Source: Mayamaea pseudoterrestris (lineage: Eukaryota). From it: a stretch of DNA of 64,000 nucleotides. Position numbers and translations under genes: made by a program. Below, one piece after another: positions 61,402 to 64,000 of this stretch. The stretch is taken from positions 186,001 through 250,000 of the forward strand of contig BROI01000028.1 of assembly GCA_027923505.1 (NCBI GenBank). Reading direction: 5' to 3'. The notes below the pieces were generated by a model. The model was given only the letters and a program-made list of their open reading frames with translations. It did no database searches and was not told the DNA's origin. How positions within the stretch are numbered: position 1 is the first letter of the stretch; each line of letters starts with the position of its first letter.

Positions 61402-62125
61402 TTAACAGGTCAATATCTGATTTTGCGTGCATTGAATGGATTCATACGTGTAGCACAGCTACTAAGCCTTGTGTGCAAGCATTGTACTAGGAGAGCAATA
61501 CGTGCCGTGACGAGGCATCCATATCGCTAAAATTGTCCTACCCGTACATGCGATCAGTGTGCAACTAAATATTAATCTCCAACGGTTTTTCCATTCTGGC
61601 TATGCTTGGGGACACATATGCGGTGAGATTGGTGCAAAACAATCATTCCCAGCTCACATGTTGCATCAGGTGTTTGGGAGGGCAAAGGTCTACCGGTACA
61701 CAGTAACCAGCTCCATGGGGCTAAAGTGTGGCCTGCATCAGTGGTTTACCTCATTGACAGTAGTTAGCTTTTTCCTGAAAAATTCCTACAGATTAGAGAT
61801 ACTACAGCAGATAGCTCACACCGAGTAGCTATCCAATTTGCAGGTTCTGAGCTCAGTGGAAACGGACACGTTTCGTCTTTCGTCACCATGGCGCGCTTAG
61901 AACAGCGAAGAAAGGCAGTCACGTGCGACACAAATTCTCGAGCTTCAGATTCCATCGGCCGGTTCACATTCTGGCATTTTGCCTTATCCAGCCACGTTAC
62001 TTTTAACAAAAAAGCTGATAGCTACCGAATAGTTTCTCTCATAAAGCAGCTTGAGCAAGTGTAAAGAAATATCACGGCCGAAATTGAATTCCACCGCTAG
62101 CGCCAATCTACCGTCGCCATTTACC

Positions 62126-62388
62126 ATGACGACGAGCAAACCCAGTAGTACCGGTATGCCTACTGCCCATCGCCAAGAGGATGTTGCCGCTGAAGCCACT
62201 CGCGAGGGTTTGATGAACGGCGCCTTGGTCATGATTCCAACGGCTGCCTTGGTTGCTTTAGGCATGCGAAACCCCAACTTTGTGCGACGAACCAATTGGC
62301 AGTCGCGGACGGCGCTTGTCATCAGTAAGTTTTCTTTCACGTTCGATTCTCTAGTGAAATCAATCGAATATACAATGAGGTTGCTTTC

Positions 62389-62419
<31 letters not shown>

Positions 62420-63145
62420 AGAAAACGTTTCTCACTTGTATTTTTACACCTTGCCTGTACTTGCTCAGTGCCTCCACTCTTTGCGTTTGGCTTGACGAGC
62501 GAACATCGCCTCAACAGCAAGATGCGCGAGATTGCCGCAGAAAACCGACACACCAATGAGACTGTTCGCTGGGCCGAGGAGCAAATGAAGCTAAAGCAGA
62601 TTGATTCTGGTCGGCTGGCCGACCTTCACTTGTCGGAACTGTACCTCCAGAGTGTGGAAAGCAGCGGTGTGAACATTGTTCCTGGTGATGAGTTGGGTTT
62701 CCATCATCGCGTGGCAAACTATGTGCAGGCTAATCCGATCAAGTCGCTTGCCGTCTTGGCGATTCCAACTGTGGCGACTATTTTTCGCGGACGCTCGGGC
62801 AAGGAGCACCTTGACTTTTCGGTCAAGATTCTGCACACGCGTGTCTTTGGACAGTTTGCCACGCTGGCGCTCTTGCTTGGAGTCATGGGATTTAAAGAGT
62901 TTATGGATAGTCGGGGAATGTACATGTCTCAGGCAGACGTTGATCGACGCGTCGAGGAGATGAAGATTGTGCGACAGGCGCTTCTGCGACGCTTGGAGGA
63001 CGAGAAGCGCGAGCGCGCGGCAGAGCATGATTTAATTGTGGAGGCGCACCAGCAAGACGTGAAGGATCATAATGTACATAGCAAGAAGCAGCAAAAGCAA
63101 AAGGCAGCAGAACAAGGAGCTGTCAGTACAGTGGTGGAAGCTTGA
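62126..63145 (+). CDS. HIG1-domain (Rcf2-like) mitochondrial membrane protein; intron 62325-62468
   Basis: NWQSRTALVI-MPPLFAF after splicing, and NPIK...KILHTRVFGQF (HIG1 RV.xQ motif). Confidence 0.8.
62389..62419 (+). repeat. (GCTT)7 microsatellite inside an intron
   Basis: Seven perfect GCTT units plus GCT. Confidence 0.95.
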
Positions 63146-63256
63146 ACAACGATGGCATGTGCGAGACGTAACATATAGTAGTGAGGTTTATATAAAATCG
63201 TGTCAGAACACTTGGTAAATTGGTTTGTACGAATGAATTTTGTATTTAAATATTGA

Positions 63257-64000
63257 CTACTTGAAAAAGGTTTCCAGCCGCCGATGCGCCTCGGCAATCG
63301 TGTCGTCTCCCTTGCAAAAGGCAAACCGTAAAAAGTTGCCAGCAAGCTTCACTTCTGGCGGACTGTAAAAGGCACTCGGTGGAATAGCAGTCACTCCAAC
63401 CTCCTGCGTCAACCAGCGACTCAAAGCCCAGTCTCTTGGCATGGGATTCGGACTTGCTTCCGTCGGCTGGTCCATGTATGATGATGGAAACTCAATTTGG
63501 CTCGTGTCGGCCATGATGAAAAAACCGCCGGACGGTACAACAGGAGTCATCCCCGCGGCTGTTAGCGCATCCGATAGCAGGCTTCGCTTGCGCTTGTATT
63601 CTGCGACCAAGTAGCTGTAGTAATTGTTGTATCCTTCAAATGGTTCCTTGGCTTGAATTAATGCTTGCGCAATGGCATCCTGATTCGGTGTCGGTGCGGA
63701 AAAGTTGACCCACTGCTGCACCGCCCAAACCGCCTTGACCAAGGACGGCGGACCGACGCACCAACCGACCTTGAAACCAGTCGCTGAAAAGGTCTTTCCG
63801 GAGCTGCTCAATGTCAGCGTTTGTTCAAACATGCCTGGAATGGTTGCAATAGAAATGTGTGGTTCATTCTCTGGGTCATAGATCAAATGCTCGTACACTT
63901 CATCGGAAAGGACTGTTAAGCCGGGATGCTTTTTGACGATTGCAGCAATGCCCTCGAGTTCCGTTCTAGAAAAAATCTTTCCCGTTGGATTGTGTGGCGT
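63257..64000 (-). CDS. Kynurenine/glutamine transaminase-like class I PLP aminotransferase, 3' part
   Basis: The frame is open to the window edge: TPHNPTGK, SDEVYE, SSGKTFSATGFKVGW, RFAFCK. Confidence 0.9.
   Translation of the reverse strand, partial: TPHNPTGKIFSRTELEGIAAIVKKHPGLTVLSDEVYEHLIYDPENEPHISIATIPGMFEQTLTLSSSGKTFSATGFKVGWCVGPPSLVKAVWAVQQWVNFSAPTPNQDAIAQALIQAKEPFEGYNNYYSYLVAEYKRKRSLLSDALTAAGMTPVVPSGGFFIMADTSQIEFPSSYMDQPTEASPNPMPRDWALSRWLTQEVGVTAIPPSAFYSPPEVKLAGNFLRFAFCKGDDTIAEAHRRLETFFK

Noticed and set aside
61590..61820. CpG-poor intergenic patch as a transposon relic
   Set aside because: It is too short, with no repeats or coding remnants to support the call.

Overview
Gene-dense, intron-poor eukaryotic nuclear DNA, very probably from a diatom. 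Evidence for this: bipartite plastid presequences with ASAF/AFAP-type motifs, nuclear petJ, a DUF6824 protein, HA-domain proteins and short GT-AG introns. I can support about 28 protein-coding genes, one tRNA-Ala(AGC), a SECIS element and a decayed CpG-depleted repeat tract. The standout is a single-exon 2,235-aa multienzyme (34783-41490). It fuses an acyl-CoA-binding domain, a DegT-type PLP aminotransferase, a membrane anchor, a fatty acyl-CoA reductase, a DHAP acyltransferase and an alkyl-DHAP synthase. This is the whole committed ether-lipid pathway on one chain, with a transaminase where a ketoreductase would be expected, which suggests an O-alkyl-serinol (amino-ether) lipid product (inference). 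Other notable items: an ethylene-receptor-like hybrid kinase with all ligand-site residues; a signal-peptide/DEL-terminated OGT-like GT41; a RibD deaminase-CRM fusion next to a pseudouridine synthase lacking its catalytic Asp; a Sec-containing SPS2 hidden by a 12-nt microexon; and a recurrent intergenic motif TGTCGCAGCG. All calls come from motif recognition by eye; no searches were run.
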